Assembly (NCBI GenBank): GCA_964016885.1
Contig: OZ024743.1
Location: 128,712,001-128,776,000 of the forward strand
DNA: 64,000 nt
Reading direction: 5' to 3'
From: Eledone cirrhosa
Taxonomy: Eukaryota
The position numbers were made by a program, and so were the translations under genes. Within the stretch, counting starts at the first letter, position 1. The number at the start of each line of letters is the position of its first letter. Positions 41,267 to 54,862 of this stretch are shown piece by piece. The notes beneath the pieces were generated by a model. That model did no database searches. It was not told where the DNA came from and worked only from the letters and a program-made list of their open reading frames with translations.

Positions 41267-42462
41267 TCATTCTCCGCGGTAAATCTCTTTGCCATTTTGT
41301 TTCAAGGGTGCGGCTGAAGCACCGCTCAAACTGGGGCGTAGTGTCCGTCCCCCTCTGTCTTTCTTTCGTTGCTTGATCCTTCTTTTGTTTTCTTTGTCTC
41401 CATTTCTTTTTCTTTTTTCTTCTTCCTTTTTTTTGTTCCCGTTAATAGTGTGTTTTGTTTTCATTAGATACTGTTCAATTAATTTTATATAATGTAAATG
41501 GTTTTTTTATGCTATTGTGAGATTTTGTATATTGAATATGTTTGCTTTTCATTTCAATTATTTTATAATAAAAAATTATTATATAACAACAGTAAAACAT
41601 GAATGAAAAAAATCAGAAAGAAGAAAAATAACGAGAAAGATGCACTCTTAATTACACACTGTATGTATGGACCCGTAAGTCCACATAGTGATACCCGTCG
41701 TGTCTTGGGTGCTTTAAGTCTCTTGGAGACAATTTCTTCTTTATGTCTGAACACAACCGATTACTTCTAGAGATATAGAAGAAGAATTGTTTCTAGTATA
41801 GGCACAAGGCCAGAAATTTTGGGGGAAGGGAATATCGATTAAATCGACCCCGTAATGATGAAAGACAAAGCTAACCTCCGCGGGATTTGAACTCAGAACA
41901 TAAAGCGCCGTAACTCTATGCTGCAAAGGTTTTGATCAACCTCAAAAGGTAAAGTTGACCTCGACAGGGTTCAAACTCAGAGAATCGGAACGAATACAGC
42001 AAATCATTTCAATCCGACCTCCTAGCACCTCTGCCAATTTGCCGTCATGGAAATGCTGGTGTTGCGCTCTAAACATTTTTGAAGCAACTGGAATATTTTT
42101 TATAGATTTATTTTCCCAAGCCGGTTCTTCCTGGTCTCTCAACTAAAATGTTGTTGAGTTCAACGTCAGTGTCAACATCTTGTGGATAAATTACTTTCAA
42201 ATTCAGCTGAACGATGGATGGTTGTGCTCCAAATAACCAATCTCTGTGTGGGTAAGTTGACTCCGAAAAACTAGTCCAGTGTAAACAATTTGATATACCT
42301 CCAAATTCACTCCTACAAAACAAACTAAATAATCTGTATGCAAACAGTATAGGATTTAACCGATGCTGAGAATAAATAAAGAGAAAGAAAACAAGACAAT
42401 ATAAAAGAAAGTGTCAAGCTTCCATGTATTACCTTTGATAATATCATGCCTAAATGAATCTC

Positions 42463-42873
42463 ATTATATTGTGAAGGGCAGTGGATTGGCAGTATAGGTA
42501 GAGGGTCGGACGCCATGCTTTCCAGCATAGTTACGTCCCTTTACGGTCTGAGTTCAAATCCCGCGGAGGTTGACTTTGCCTTTCATCCTTATGGGGTCGA
42601 TAAAATAAAGTACCAGTAATGCACTGGGTAATTGCTGGCCTTGTGCCAAAAGTAGAAAAAATTATATTGTGAAGGGCGGTGAATTGGCAGTATCGGTAGA
42701 GAGTCGGACGCCATGCTTTGAAGCATAGAGGTACGTCCCTTTATGATCTGAGTTCAAATCCCGCCGAGGTTAACTTTGCCTTTCATCCTTACGGGGTCGA
42801 TAAAATAAAGTACCAGTAATGTACTGGGTAATTGCTGGCCTTGTGCCAAAAGTAGAAACAATTATATTGTGAA
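42463..42873 (+). mobile_element. Head-to-tail pair of tRNA-derived SINEs (~200-bp period)
   Basis: Two full-length copies separated and flanked by ATTATATTGTGAA (three occurrences). Confidence 0.85.
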
Positions 42874-43400
42874 TAGATTAGCAACCATATATAAATATCT
42901 ATATATGTGTGTGTGTTTGTCTGCTTTATAGTATGCGGCGAGACCGTGAGGTGTGTGTGACAAAAAGGAAGCAGTCAAAAATCTTCAGATACACCAGCTT
43001 CTTCATTTTACTGTTCGTGCATAGTATACGAAGATTTCTATGAGTTCCCACTTGTGAACAAACCATATACAACTGTCCACGGGGTTAAAACCCGATTCTC
43101 TCATATTCATTCCTACAACTTTGAGACTGAGCTTTATTTGTGGTCATAGCAAAACTGGCTCTAATAGAGAACTGAAGTATTGAGAATTTGAACGGCAGTT
43201 TGGTAGAGAAAGGGATGAGAGGAATCTTGGGAATAAATACATTTTCTCCTTGTTAATTACCTCCAGGAATAGTGACCTCAAGGAAATGGTTCATCATCCG
43301 CCTTACTGTGTGCCATTGCATAGACGTGGTGAGTCCAGGTTTCTCAAAAGGATTATTGGCAGTTCCAATCTTTTATATTGTATATAGATATAGATATAGA

Positions 43401-44268
43401 CTAGCAGAATGGTCCGGCGTTGCTCGGGATTCTAAACATAGATTGGCATGTGTATCCCTCCTTTCTGAAACAGTTTCGTCGTATGTTCACCAATTGATGC
43501 AGAAGTCCTAATAAAAAGTGAAGTCGCCTTGGGTGAATAAGCAAATAATTTTCCATTAAGATTTTTCAAAAGCAAAAAATTGCGTTCCCTCTCTTTTTTG
43601 TTGTTGTTTTTGCTGCTGTTGGTGTGATAGCAGCCGTTGGTCGTACTACTAACACAGTCTCGTCCTTCTTCAGCCAATCGTGCATATCCCCTTCTGTCTC
43701 GTCAGCAATGAGAACAATATTTGCTCTAGTGTTCTTATATATTTGATATATATTTATCCTTATCGAGCCTCGTGAAATAAATACGTTTGTTTATATTTTG
43801 TTATTGTGTATGCAAAAATATCTGTACATGAATATATAATTATATATATATATATATTAAAATAACAGATTAAAGTTTAAGCGAAGAATCACTGCTTTCA
43901 CCCTTAACGGGATCTTCTGAAACTAAAGAAAAAATCAATCTGTGAACGCAGAAGTAAATATTTCGAAAAAGGTTACACACTATATATATATATATATATA
44001 TACACACTATATATATACATATATATACACACACACGCAGATAGCGAAGTCAATGTCGTAATGCAGACATACAGACAGATATTATAAGGGCGCGACGTTC
44101 CGGCGCCTAATGCGGTCCCTAGGGCATTGAAAGTTTGAAATAATCTATGCTCAAAACACTCACAGAACCATAGGTATTACATGTGTACAGTTTGAAAAAA
44201 ATCGGTTGGGTGGTTCTCGAGTTTTAGGGAGTCAGACAGACAGACATTCTCTGTTTTAGATATATAGA
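43401..44268 (-). mobile_element. Non-autonomous Helitron (Lep1/DINE-like) with nested insertions
   Basis: Minus strand begins TC and ends CTAG, inserted between A and T; CCGGCGTTGCTCGGG subterminal hairpin; (CAGA)n near the 5' end. Confidence 0.65.
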
Positions 44269-44728
44269 TAATCTATATATGTAAAACTGTTGTCTGTGTG
44301 TGTCCGTGTGTGTCCTCATTTTTGCAAAGTCTATACAAATTCACATTTCTACTCCGATTGACTTCAAACTTGCATTTATAAATTCCTTGCGGTTCCTGCA
44401 GCTTTTATTTTTCAATTTTCTGTTGTTAAAGGGGTGTTATGCGCCGGTTATCCATCTCCGTCGCTCTCTTATAATATCTGTCTGTATGCCTGGTTGTCTG
44501 CATTACGAGATTCTGACGAACATTGATGACGTATTATGTTCGCTATTATCCGTTCATTGCCAGGGAACGTCTTCACGAACCAAAGTATCGTCTTCCTGTT
44601 TTCCTTCGGTTGCAACGTTTTTCGAAATATTTACTTCTGCGTTCACAGATTGATGTTTTTAGTTTCAGAAGATCTCGTTGAGGGTGAAAGCAACGATCCT
44701 TTGCTTAAACTTTAATCTGTTATTTTAA

Positions 44729-44837
44729 TCTATATATGTATATATATATATATAAAACTGAGGAAGGATGTATGTATGTATGTATGTATGTATGTATGTA
44801 TGTATGTATGTATGTATGTATGTATGTATGTATGAAT

Positions 44838-44889
<52 letters not shown>

Positions 44890-45341
44890 GAAACCCGAGA
44901 AGTACCCAACCTATTTTTTTCAAACTTTACATGTGTATTACTTATATTTCAGGGAGTGTTATGCACATAAAAAAAATTCGACTTTTTGATCCCCTAGGGC
45001 CCGCATTAGGTGAAAAACTGCGTTTTTTTTAGCTTTTTAGGGGTTTTTGAGGCGTTACGTCAGACCGATTTCCTTGAAATTGTAACTATGTATTAGTCAG
45101 TCTCTTCTTCATACCATGAGCAAAGAAAATCAAACTTTTTTTATGGCCTAGGGCCCGCATTAGGTGAAAACCTGCATTTTTCCTGCTTCATCGAGGAAAA
45201 TCTTAGATTATCCAGCCATCAGAGTATTCGGTTTAGTTTCTTTACATATTTTCCAGGCATGCAGTTTTTCCACGATTAGGTCTGTTGGCGGCCCGCATTC
45301 CAAAATACCTTATCCAGTGCAACGCCGGTTACCATGGCTAG
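44729..45341 (+). mobile_element. Non-autonomous Helitron
   Basis: A|TCTATATAT...(ATGT)n(GT)n...GCAACGCCGGTTACCATGGCTAG|T termini. Confidence 0.65.
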
Positions 45342-45352
45342 TTATGTATAAA

Positions 45353-45451
<99 letters not shown>

Positions 45452-45726
45452 AAACCACCGTTCGAATCCACCGAGACGCTGGCCACAAAACACGAGCATC
45501 GCTAACAGCGCACAGTGAATCATTTGTGGTCGTCTCCCAGCCTTCAAGAAATAGCAGTCGGGTTGGTTAGCATCCCCGAGGTGTTTTTCTTCTTTGATTT
45601 TATAAAATGAGTATCAATGAACCTTCCTGAATATACCCTTATTCCAATGGTGCACATACTTTTCGATTACCAGTTTTCCTTTTTTGTGTGATGTACGAAG
45701 ACAGAAACCAACAAACATCTCTCTTT

Positions 45727-45787
<61 letters not shown>

Positions 45788-46156
45788 ACAGACCCTCCAT
45801 CTCAACTCTACTTTTGAAAAGCAGAAGAACTGCGAAACCGGTAAAGGAACCAAATAAATATATATATTTAAAAAAAAAAATAAGACTCCAGTTGCATTTT
45901 CGATTTCATCTTTTTTTCTTTATACTTTCACTTGTGTAGGACAGCTCGGTTATTTTTCATTTTGTAAAAAAAACGTCACTTTCTTATATATATATATATA
46001 TATATAATATATTTAAAGGATTGTTTAATGTTTGTTTGTTCTGCTCATCAATTTTTATAGTTCTTGTATCTCAAATTAGTACCATAGAACAACAATTATA
46101 TTATAGACACCCTATATCTCTATGGGTACTTAGTATTCAGTGAGATATTCACCCTC

Positions 46157-46199
<43 letters not shown>

Positions 46200-46202
<3 letters not shown>

Positions 46203-46780
46203 GAATAATCGAGAATCGGAAAAACAGCTCACGAATTAACGATAAACAATATCCGATATGTGTGGCAGAGGGCTCAATAATTTGGATAAATCAGAGCTAT
46301 AACCATCGTTAAATTACCAACACATAGAGATTATGCCTAAAATCACCCGTACAGCCGAAAAAGAACGACCAGGAAGATTCGGGTCACTCAAATAAAATAT
46401 CAATAAATCAATATATTAAATGAATGTAAAAAACTTACCCGGACCCGCTAGAAGGGTGTTAAATCTAGCTTCTTGGGTTTCTGCAATTCCTTAATCCATT
46501 CACTATCAGCCCACATAAAAAATATATAAGACTTCTAGAGAAGGACTGGACGCGGAAGAGCTTTCTCAACGGGTTCCGTCAGATAATAAAGAAGAAAGGA
46601 CCCTTAGCCAGAAACGCACATGGTACCCAGCAAGGGAGATAACCTCTATATTAGCGAAAGATTTCGGTAATGTGCAAATTATGTAAGAATACAAAATATC
46701 ACATATCGAATCAGAGTGCTCAACAGACGTGTTAAAATAAACAGGAGCTATTCATCAGTCAATAAGATCGACAAAAAAAT
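46200..46780 (-). mobile_element. Possible decayed Penelope-like RT fragment between (AT)n tracts
   Basis: Minus-strand fragments read PNLPGRS and LSKLLSPL, reminiscent of PLE RT (PGRPIVS...LAKLLSPL); many stops. Confidence 0.3.
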
Positions 46781-46962
46781 AATATATATATATATTTAAT
46801 TAGAAAGTGAACAACACAAAATATAACTTCTCCATTACTAAAGGCTTGAATGGAGAAGTTATATTTTGTGTTGTTCACTTTCTAATTAAATACCTCTGTT
46901 CTATACATAGAGCACTCTTTTTCCTTTGCTTCTCCTTCGGAATATATATATATATATATATA

Positions 46963-47233
46963 CAGTTGTCCCCCGGTATTCGCGGGACTTACGTTCTTAG
47001 AGAACCCACGATTAGTGAAAAACTGCGAATACTGAGCGTGGTCCATAAAAATGCCTATAAACATCAAAATATAACGTAAAATATAATTTTTAAAATGCGA
47101 AGGTGCGTCCAATAGGCCGGCAAATCCGGTATATTATTATTAATGATTTGGTATTTAAAATACATATATTGCCACGAAAAAAGTCATAAAATAAACTGCG
47201 AATGTCGGGCGTGCGAATGCCGTGGGTACACTG
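46963..47233. mobile_element. Tigger/pogo-like MITE in (TA)n
   Basis: TA|CAGTTGTCCCCCGGTATTCGCG left end and imperfect inverted GCGAATGCCGTGGGTACACTG right end. Confidence 0.6.
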
Positions 47234-47289
47234 TTGGTTGCATTTTTTAAGGGTATGTCAATATATATTTATAAAACTGATCTATATTA

Positions 47290-47354
47290 TATTTTATCTG
47301 ATGAAAGCACACCATAATTTAACTTGGTGTCCTTGAAATATGTATAATGAAATA
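47290..47354 (+). ncRNA. Type I hammerhead ribozyme
   Basis: TATTTTAT-CTGATGA-AAGcACACCA..TGGTGTcCTT-GAAA-TATGTA-TA-ATGAAATA. Confidence 0.85.
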
Positions 47355-47593
47355 AATATGGTTTTATAAATATAGTTTCCATTTGTTAATATCGTATTTT
47401 TACTCCAAATATTTGTTGAGTGCTTTATATCAGTTATAAAAATATTTGCTTGTTGTATCCCAACAATTTAAATAGAACTTTTACATATATATATATGTAT
47501 ATATGTAGGAGGTGAGTTTTATTGTAGCACAATAAAGCAATGCAAATATCGGATAAGTAGCACTCTACAGTTTATAGGACTGGAGTATAAATG

Positions 47594-48202
47594 ATATAAG
47601 ATCAAAAGTTGGTTAAAAGAGTTCCAAGTATTTTATTATGCGCATTTCAAAAACAAATATCATCATGGGATGATATCTGCGTTCTCATCAAATAAAATAG
47701 GGAGACATGATATGAAGCTTAAAAAACACTTGTGAGCAGTGAAGTTTTAAATCAATATATTTATAAACATCAACATCCATAAACCTCATTAACTTTTAAT
47801 TTCAAAATCTTTTTAAATTATCTATTATCTCCCAACGGTTTTTTTTAATTTCTCTCTGTGAGACAATGTTTTCTCAGTTGTAAAGGCTATTTCTCTCTCT
47901 CTCTATCACTCATTTCTCCTCCTCTCTCTTCCTTCCTTCTTATACTCCGCCCCCACCTTTATTTTCTTTCTTGCTCTTTCTTACCTTTTCCTACCCCTCA
48001 TTTTTTCCCAATCTCATATATCCATCTTACTTTTATTTTTCATATGTTGATTTAAAACTTCACTGCTCACAAGTGTTTTTTAAGCTTCATATCATGTCTC
48101 CCTATTTTATCTGATGAGAACGCAGATATCATCCCATGTTGATATTTGTTTTTGAAATGCGCATAATAAAATACTTGGAACTCTTTTAACCATCTTTTGA
48201 TC

Positions 48203-48209
<7 letters not shown>
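47594..48209. mobile_element. Inverted repeat (~165-bp arms) ending at (AT)n; Penelope-like pLTR pair
   Basis: ~47594-47759 is the reverse complement of ~48043-48209; both arms carry the hammerhead. Confidence 0.75.
48103..48173 (+). ncRNA. Type I hammerhead with palindromic stem III (minus-strand copy at 47629-47699 has C3T)
   Basis: TATTTTAT-CTGATGA-GAAcGCAGATATCA..TGATATTTGTtTTT-GAAA-TGCGCA-TA-ATAAAATA; ATGCGCAT palindrome. Confidence 0.88.
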
Positions 48210-48252
<43 letters not shown>

Positions 48253-48270
48253 AAAGATAACAAGGACGAA

Positions 48271-48355
48271 GGTTAGGATTAGGGTTAGGGATAGGTTTAG
48301 CGGCAGGGATAGGGTTAGGATTAGAATTGAGTTAAGGTTAGAGATAGAGTTAGAA
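48271..48355 (+). repeat. Degenerate (TTAGGG)-like repeats
   Basis: GGTTAGGATTAGGGTTAGGGATAGGTTTAG... Confidence 0.6.
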
Positions 48356-48433
48356 TCAGGATAAGTGACATTGTTAGTGTTACGGCTTGTATTACAAGCC
48401 AAAACTGCTTGGCGCCGCGGTCGGGATTTTGCA

Positions 48434-48534
<101 letters not shown>

Positions 48535-48825
48535 ATATACATATATATATATAATTATAATTCCATCGTTATTTTCCGTAATTATCGGCTACGGTTAATA
48601 AAGTTATTCGGACGAAATACGATAGTAATCATTCACTCTAGAAATCTTCAAACCAAAATACATTCATCTGAAAAGCTCGTTCTATTGGAGGGGGTGGGGC
48701 TATGTAGCGATGGAATAAAGCGGATTGACAGCAACTGTATTTTGACCTTGTTCTAGAAACGTCTACTTAAGATATATGGAGCCAGTGAACCATACTAATA
48801 TCAACAACCAACACAACAGCTAGCA

Positions 48826-48918
<93 letters not shown>

Positions 48919-48979
48919 TATAAAATATATATATATAATATATACATATATATACATATCAATTTACACATATGTGTGT

Positions 48980-49069
<90 letters not shown>

Positions 49070-50104
49070 ATTCGAGTGTGCATTCGAGTGTGATACCTGT
49101 CACACATTTCGGGGGAGGGTATAGTCGATTTAATTAACCCCCACTACTTGACTGGTTTGTTATTTTCCTGACATCGGAATGATGAAAGGTGAATTTGACC
49201 TCAGCAGGATTTGAACTGAAAGAGACGTAACTAAATACTGCAAAGCATTTTGTCAGTCATTCAAACAATTCTGGCACATCACCTCCCACATTCTATTATG
49301 GTGCAGTAATACGCTAGCTTCAGCATTCGGTTATTAGAAATGGGGGTCCTCGGATGTTTTTTTTTTTAAGTACTGTTAATTCTCCAAATCCAAAATTCAC
49401 AGCTCCGGTACTACGGACTTGTGGTAAGAATGTCTAAGAAAATAATCAACAGACGGATTTTATAGGTAAAGCCGTAATATCGGAGCTGTGATCTCTCAGT
49501 TCGGAGAAATAGCGGCTCTATCTGGAGTGACTCTCTCCGATCCAAGCACTTTGGTCATTAAATTAACATAAAAAGGTTGAGCAATCCATAGGCATGTGTA
49601 CTCTTAAAATAATTCCCAGAGATATTCAGCTATGACGCATGGTGCGACAAGGTTGACTCTTTGAATGTCAAGTACAGTCCATCCGATTGGCATCCAAACT
49701 GTTTCCATTTACCCAATTTCACTCACAAGACTCGAGTCTATTTTAAACTATTGGAAGTAGCCTTTGCTGAAGATATTACGCAGCAGGATCGAACCTACGA
49801 CCTAATTGATGATTGGGAAGCGAACTTCTTAATGAATTGGCCATGCTGCGTCCACTAATTTGTTGTAATGTTAATATAACACACATGTCGAGCTCATAGA
49901 GTTTTAAATCAAAACTATATTTAAATTTGTCTTTTTTGTCGTTCGAGTTGCAAATATCCATGCGGGATATAGAAGTGTAGAGATATTAGAACAATCACTT
50001 GCGTCCATTTATCTGTAGAACATAGATACTCACATACAGACAGACAGACACGCACATACACACATAGATACACACGCATATATGTGTGTATGTGTGTATG
50101 TGTG

Positions 50105-50226
<122 letters not shown>

Positions 50227-50614
50227 ATTAGAATTGGCGCTCTGAAATAGCTATATATATGAATGTATATATATAGTGTATTTTGCAAAACACTGTATGC
50301 TTAATTAAAACATTTCGAAGACCTTATGCTATTGTTTTAGAGTAGTGACAGTCTCACTTACTTTAAATTTTCAGCAAACAGGGGAGATAAAGCTGACAGA
50401 GCTATGTTTCGTACTGATTGGTACTTATCAAAGCCAAGTACGCCACCTTTTAATTAAGCATACAGTGCATTGCAAAATACACTATATATACATTCATATA
50501 TATATATATATATATTGTGGTAGAACACCGGGAGGTTATATCCGTAGTAAGTAGAGCATTCGTTGGGTGAAACACCTGTCCTCGAAGATGGTTTGCTAAT
50601 ATGTTGTGGAACTA

Positions 50615-50684
<70 letters not shown>

Positions 50685-50748
50685 TGCAAGAATTGCGTCA
50701 GTAGGCGGTATGCCGGGTGAGCACTCGATGCTCCCGCAGAGCAGAGTG

Positions 50749-50795
<47 letters not shown>

Positions 50796-50796
<1 letters not shown>

Positions 50797-50922
50797 TTAA
50801 TATAGATGAGATTCTACAGGACTAGAACTGTTTCATTCTTTAGAAATCATCAGGAATCTGATTCCTGATGATTTCTCAAGAATGAAACAGTTCTAGTCCT
50901 GTAGAATCTCATCTATATTAAA
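50796..50922. ncRNA. Palindrome made of two back-to-back hammerheads (+ 50860-50908; - 50810-50858)
   Basis: GATTC-CTGATGA-tTTCTcaAGAAt-GAAA-CAG-ttctagtc-CTG-TA-GAATC; 63-bp arms, 1-nt spacer at 50859, adjacent to (AT)n. Confidence 0.8.
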
Positions 50923-50991
50923 CATTTTATACTCTGCAATGTATTGAGTACCTTACTTACTGTGGTTACCTCCGATTCAACCCGGAATAAC

Positions 50992-51032
<41 letters not shown>

Positions 51033-51073
51033 CGAAATATAAGTCAATTGCATGAACACATAATCCTTTATTT

Positions 51074-51128
51074 ACTGCTATATATATTTCATGTTAGCCA
51101 TTGAATGGCTATGACCTCATCAGGCAGT
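51074..51128 (-). ncRNA. Type I hammerhead with ATATATAT palindromic stem III
   Basis: Minus strand: ACTGC-CTGATGA-ggtcaTAGCCATtcaATGGCTAacat-GAAA-TATATA-TA-GCAGT. Confidence 0.75.
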
Positions 51129-51189
51129 TAGTCAGTTCTTAGATATGCCAGCTCTGTGTTTATGTGTTGATGGTATCAGAGCCTTGGCA

Positions 51190-51321
51190 AATGTAAAACA
51201 GTCAATTAAAAGACCATAAAACGAGTAGGGGGAGGGGGGGGAGGCTTTAAGTATAAATCAAATGTTAATTTAACACAGGAGAAAATCGTTTCCAGAACAA
51301 TCCGAATATCTTTTCTTCTCC

Positions 51322-51401
<80 letters not shown>

Positions 51402-51583
51402 GGAGAAGAAAAGATATTCAGATTGTTCTGGAAACGATTATATATATATATTGGATGGAGAAGAAAAGATATTCGGATTGTTCTGGAAACGATTTTCTCC
51501 TGTGTTAAATTATCATTTGATTTATACTTAAAGCCTTCCTCCCCTACTCGTTTTATAGTCTTTTAATTGACTGTTTTACATTT
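51190..51583. repeat. Inverted repeat flanking an (AT)n tract, with partial tandem duplication of the right arm
   Basis: ~51190-51329 is the reverse complement of ~51450-51583; extra partial copy at ~51395-51439. Confidence 0.8.
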
Positions 51584-51926
51584 TGTTGAAGGTGAGAAAT
51601 TGGTTTTATGGCCTGATAAAAAGTTGTAACATATCCTACCCTAGCTGGATATGAGAACATAATGGTTTGCGTTGTTCTCTTATCTACATGCCGTGCTTTT
51701 CAACTTTTTTTACTTGTTCACTCCTCGTACAGTCTCAATGACTCCATCTTTTTTTCTCGTTGTTTTACGTCCTTTCAGTCTTACTCTCACTTAAATTCAC
51801 TATCTCTCTTTCACTCACTCATGATCTATCTAACTATCTCAATGTTTTACACTTCTTCACTACTGACTTATCGCTCACAAACAGACACATGCACACGCAT
51901 TCCCCCTTCCACCCTCTCTCTACACA

Positions 51927-51980
<54 letters not shown>

Positions 51981-52873
51981 CGCGCGTGTGTGTATATGCG
52001 TGCGTGTGAGTGAGTAAGTGTGTGTGTGTATATATATACGTTTAGTATTGACGAACGTGAGAATGAATATTCAATATCACAAGGCCAGCAATTTCTCCAG
52101 TACATTACTGATTCTTTATTTTATCGACCCCGTAAGGATGAAAGGCAAAGCTAACCTCGGAAGGATTTGAACGCAGAACGTAAAGGGCCATAACTCTATA
52201 CTGCAAAGCATGGTGTCTGACGCTCTACCGATACTGTCAATGATTAAAAGTTTATTATGGTCGAGTCAGTGGTCTGATACTCTGTAGTTTTTCATGCGAG
52301 ATACAGATCATCAGACACCATTGTCTAATGAGTTATTAGGAATAACCTGTGATACACGAGGAAGACTCCAAAGTAACAGATCACTGATTCAACCTTTTCT
52401 CTTTCTTTTTCTCTTTTTTCTTTATATTTTCCAATTTTACATTCCATTCTTCTCAATCTAAATTTTATTTTTTCATTTTTCTATTAAACTGTATTTACAT
52501 GATATATTCCATAAATAAAAGCCTTAAATGATATTATAAACTATATATATATATATGTGTGCGATTAACAACGTAGACAGACGTTGAGATATTATCTCTC
52601 ACTGAGCCACGAATAAGGCACATTCCTCCTTTGGTGATGCCCTATGATGGAAATCACTAGTGTTACCACAACAGTAATGAACAGCAACAGCAGTCACAAC
52701 ATAAACCCAACATACCTAAAGAACGACATGCGGGGCCAACAACACCATTTCCACAAGACGACACATACATCACAGTGAAGGAACACTTCGAAAAAAAAAT
52801 AACATCGCCAAAGGCATCACAACAAAAATACTTGCTGAACAAACAGGCGTGATAAGCCTCTGAATAGCGAAGG

Positions 52874-53347
52874 CGTATTTCATTAGCAAGCGAGAACCAG
52901 CTCTGAACCGTCGGAGTTATCCGACAGGTAAAAGATTGGCCAAATATGACCAAAAGTCTGTCGATGGATTTTAGATCCGAAAGTGCTTACTGCTAGTCAT
53001 CATTTAACCTATACTAACCTAGCAACAAGGCACGTAGACAGTAGTCGCGCACCCACTCACGGTGAATATGCTAATCCTAGTTATAATTCTATCTTTTGAT
53101 CTTTTTAATCCTTTTAAATTACTTTTATCCTAACCCTAACCACACACACTCACACACCTATCTACACTTCTATCGCCACATAAATGAACAATAAAACGTT
53201 TACTGTTTTAACTTATTTGTTCTAACTTTCTTCCTTCCAGCTCCCTATAGCTCACTCTTTTCACCCCACATCTAATGTACTCATCAATCCTAACTTACAT
53301 AACATTACCAGAGACTACGCGCAACTACAACGTCTACACAAGAGAGA

Positions 53348-53415
<68 letters not shown>

Positions 53416-53442
53416 ATACATTCAATACACACAGACACACGC

Positions 53443-53480
<38 letters not shown>

Positions 53481-53722
53481 CGAAGGAAATGTGGTAAGGA
53501 ACCAGATGGACCATAACGCACCAAAGTACTCAATACTTAGTGGGTGCGCGGCTACTGTCTACGTGCCTTGTTGCTAGGTTAGTATAGGTTAAATGATGAC
53601 TAGCAGTAAGCACTTTCGGATCTAAAATCCATCGACAGACTTTTGGTCATATTTGGCCAATCTTTTACCTGTCGGATAACTCCGACGGTTCAGAGCTGGT
53701 TCTCGCTTGCTAATGAAATACG
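52874..53722. repeat. 184-bp inverted repeat (52874-53057 / 53539-53722)
   Basis: Near-identical reverse-complement arms; the right arm interrupts another element and is flanked by ACTTAG duplications. Confidence 0.85.
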
Positions 53723-53803
53723 ACTTAGGGTAGTAGAGTGGGTAATAGGAACGAGTAGGACCCCGACGGCTGAGCTCAAGCCGTTACGACGGCTAATTCT
53801 GGA

Positions 53804-53841
<38 letters not shown>

Positions 53842-54251
53842 GGAGTGCAGCGTGAAGTTACTGTAGGTTCACCCAGGTGAGAACTCGATGTTTAGGTTCA
53901 CGTCAGTGGCGAGGTATAGAGCTAGACAGAGTGTGATATAATAATTGTTTCTACTTTAGGCACAAGGCCAGCAATTACCCAGTGCATTACTGGTACTTTA
54001 TTTTATCGACCCCGTAAGGATGAAAGGCAAAGTCAACCTCGGCGGGATTTGAACTCAGATCGTAAAGGGACGTAACTATGCTGGAAAGCATGGCGTCCGA
54101 CCCTCTACCGATACTGCCAATCCACCGCTATAATAATATGCATGGTAGTGCTCTGGTTGACCTGTGCATTTGTCAGACAGCATGATTAATAATTTTACAT
54201 AGTAATCAAAATGTATATATGTAGCAGCAAAAATTGTAGACAACGGTGATG

Positions 54252-54293
<42 letters not shown>

Positions 54294-54344
54294 TGAAATG
54301 TCCCATATATATACAAATACGTACATACATATATACATACATAC

Positions 54345-54862
54345 ATGAGGAGGAATATGTTGAGATGGATGGCACTAAGGAATACTGGTGGAACCTAAAA
54401 ATAAAAACTGCCACCAAATTAAAGCACAACCGGCCTGATATTGTTGTTTTGGGACCAAACATAGAAAACGTGCTCTGTTGTGGAGATCAGCTGCCCACTT
54501 GATGTCAACGTTGTAAGAAAAATACAGGGGAAGGAGGACATCTACGGACTATTAATGAGGAGTTTGCAGATCCAGTATCCAAGATACACCTTTAGCTTCA
54601 TACCCCTCATTATTGGACCTACGGGTTATATATATATCAACCCGCTTGGACCAATGTATAACTGAACTTGGATTTGCGGACAAAGAGCGTAGCTCCCTAA
54701 TTCATAGTCTACAAATGGCTGCGATAGCTGGCACCTTCAAAATTTGCAAAAAATTCTTGCGATTCAAGGGATGACCTCTTTTCTTTTTACAACGTTGCCA
54801 CCGGGAAGGTGGCCGGTCAAAAATGTACTCGAAATTAAGCGAAAGAGAAACATACATACATG
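54345..54862 (+). mobile_element. 5'-truncated, decayed R4/Dong-like LINE (RLE domain plus 3' UTR)
   Basis: KEYWWN..KHNRPDIVV..EISCPLD..K..KE.IY..LMRSLQI homologous to ORF 38468-39697; (CATA)n on both sides. Confidence 0.8.

Noticed and set aside
48271-48355. Telomere or chromosome-fusion site
   Set aside because: Only a few degenerate TTAGGG units in a single orientation, more like the internal repeats of a transposon
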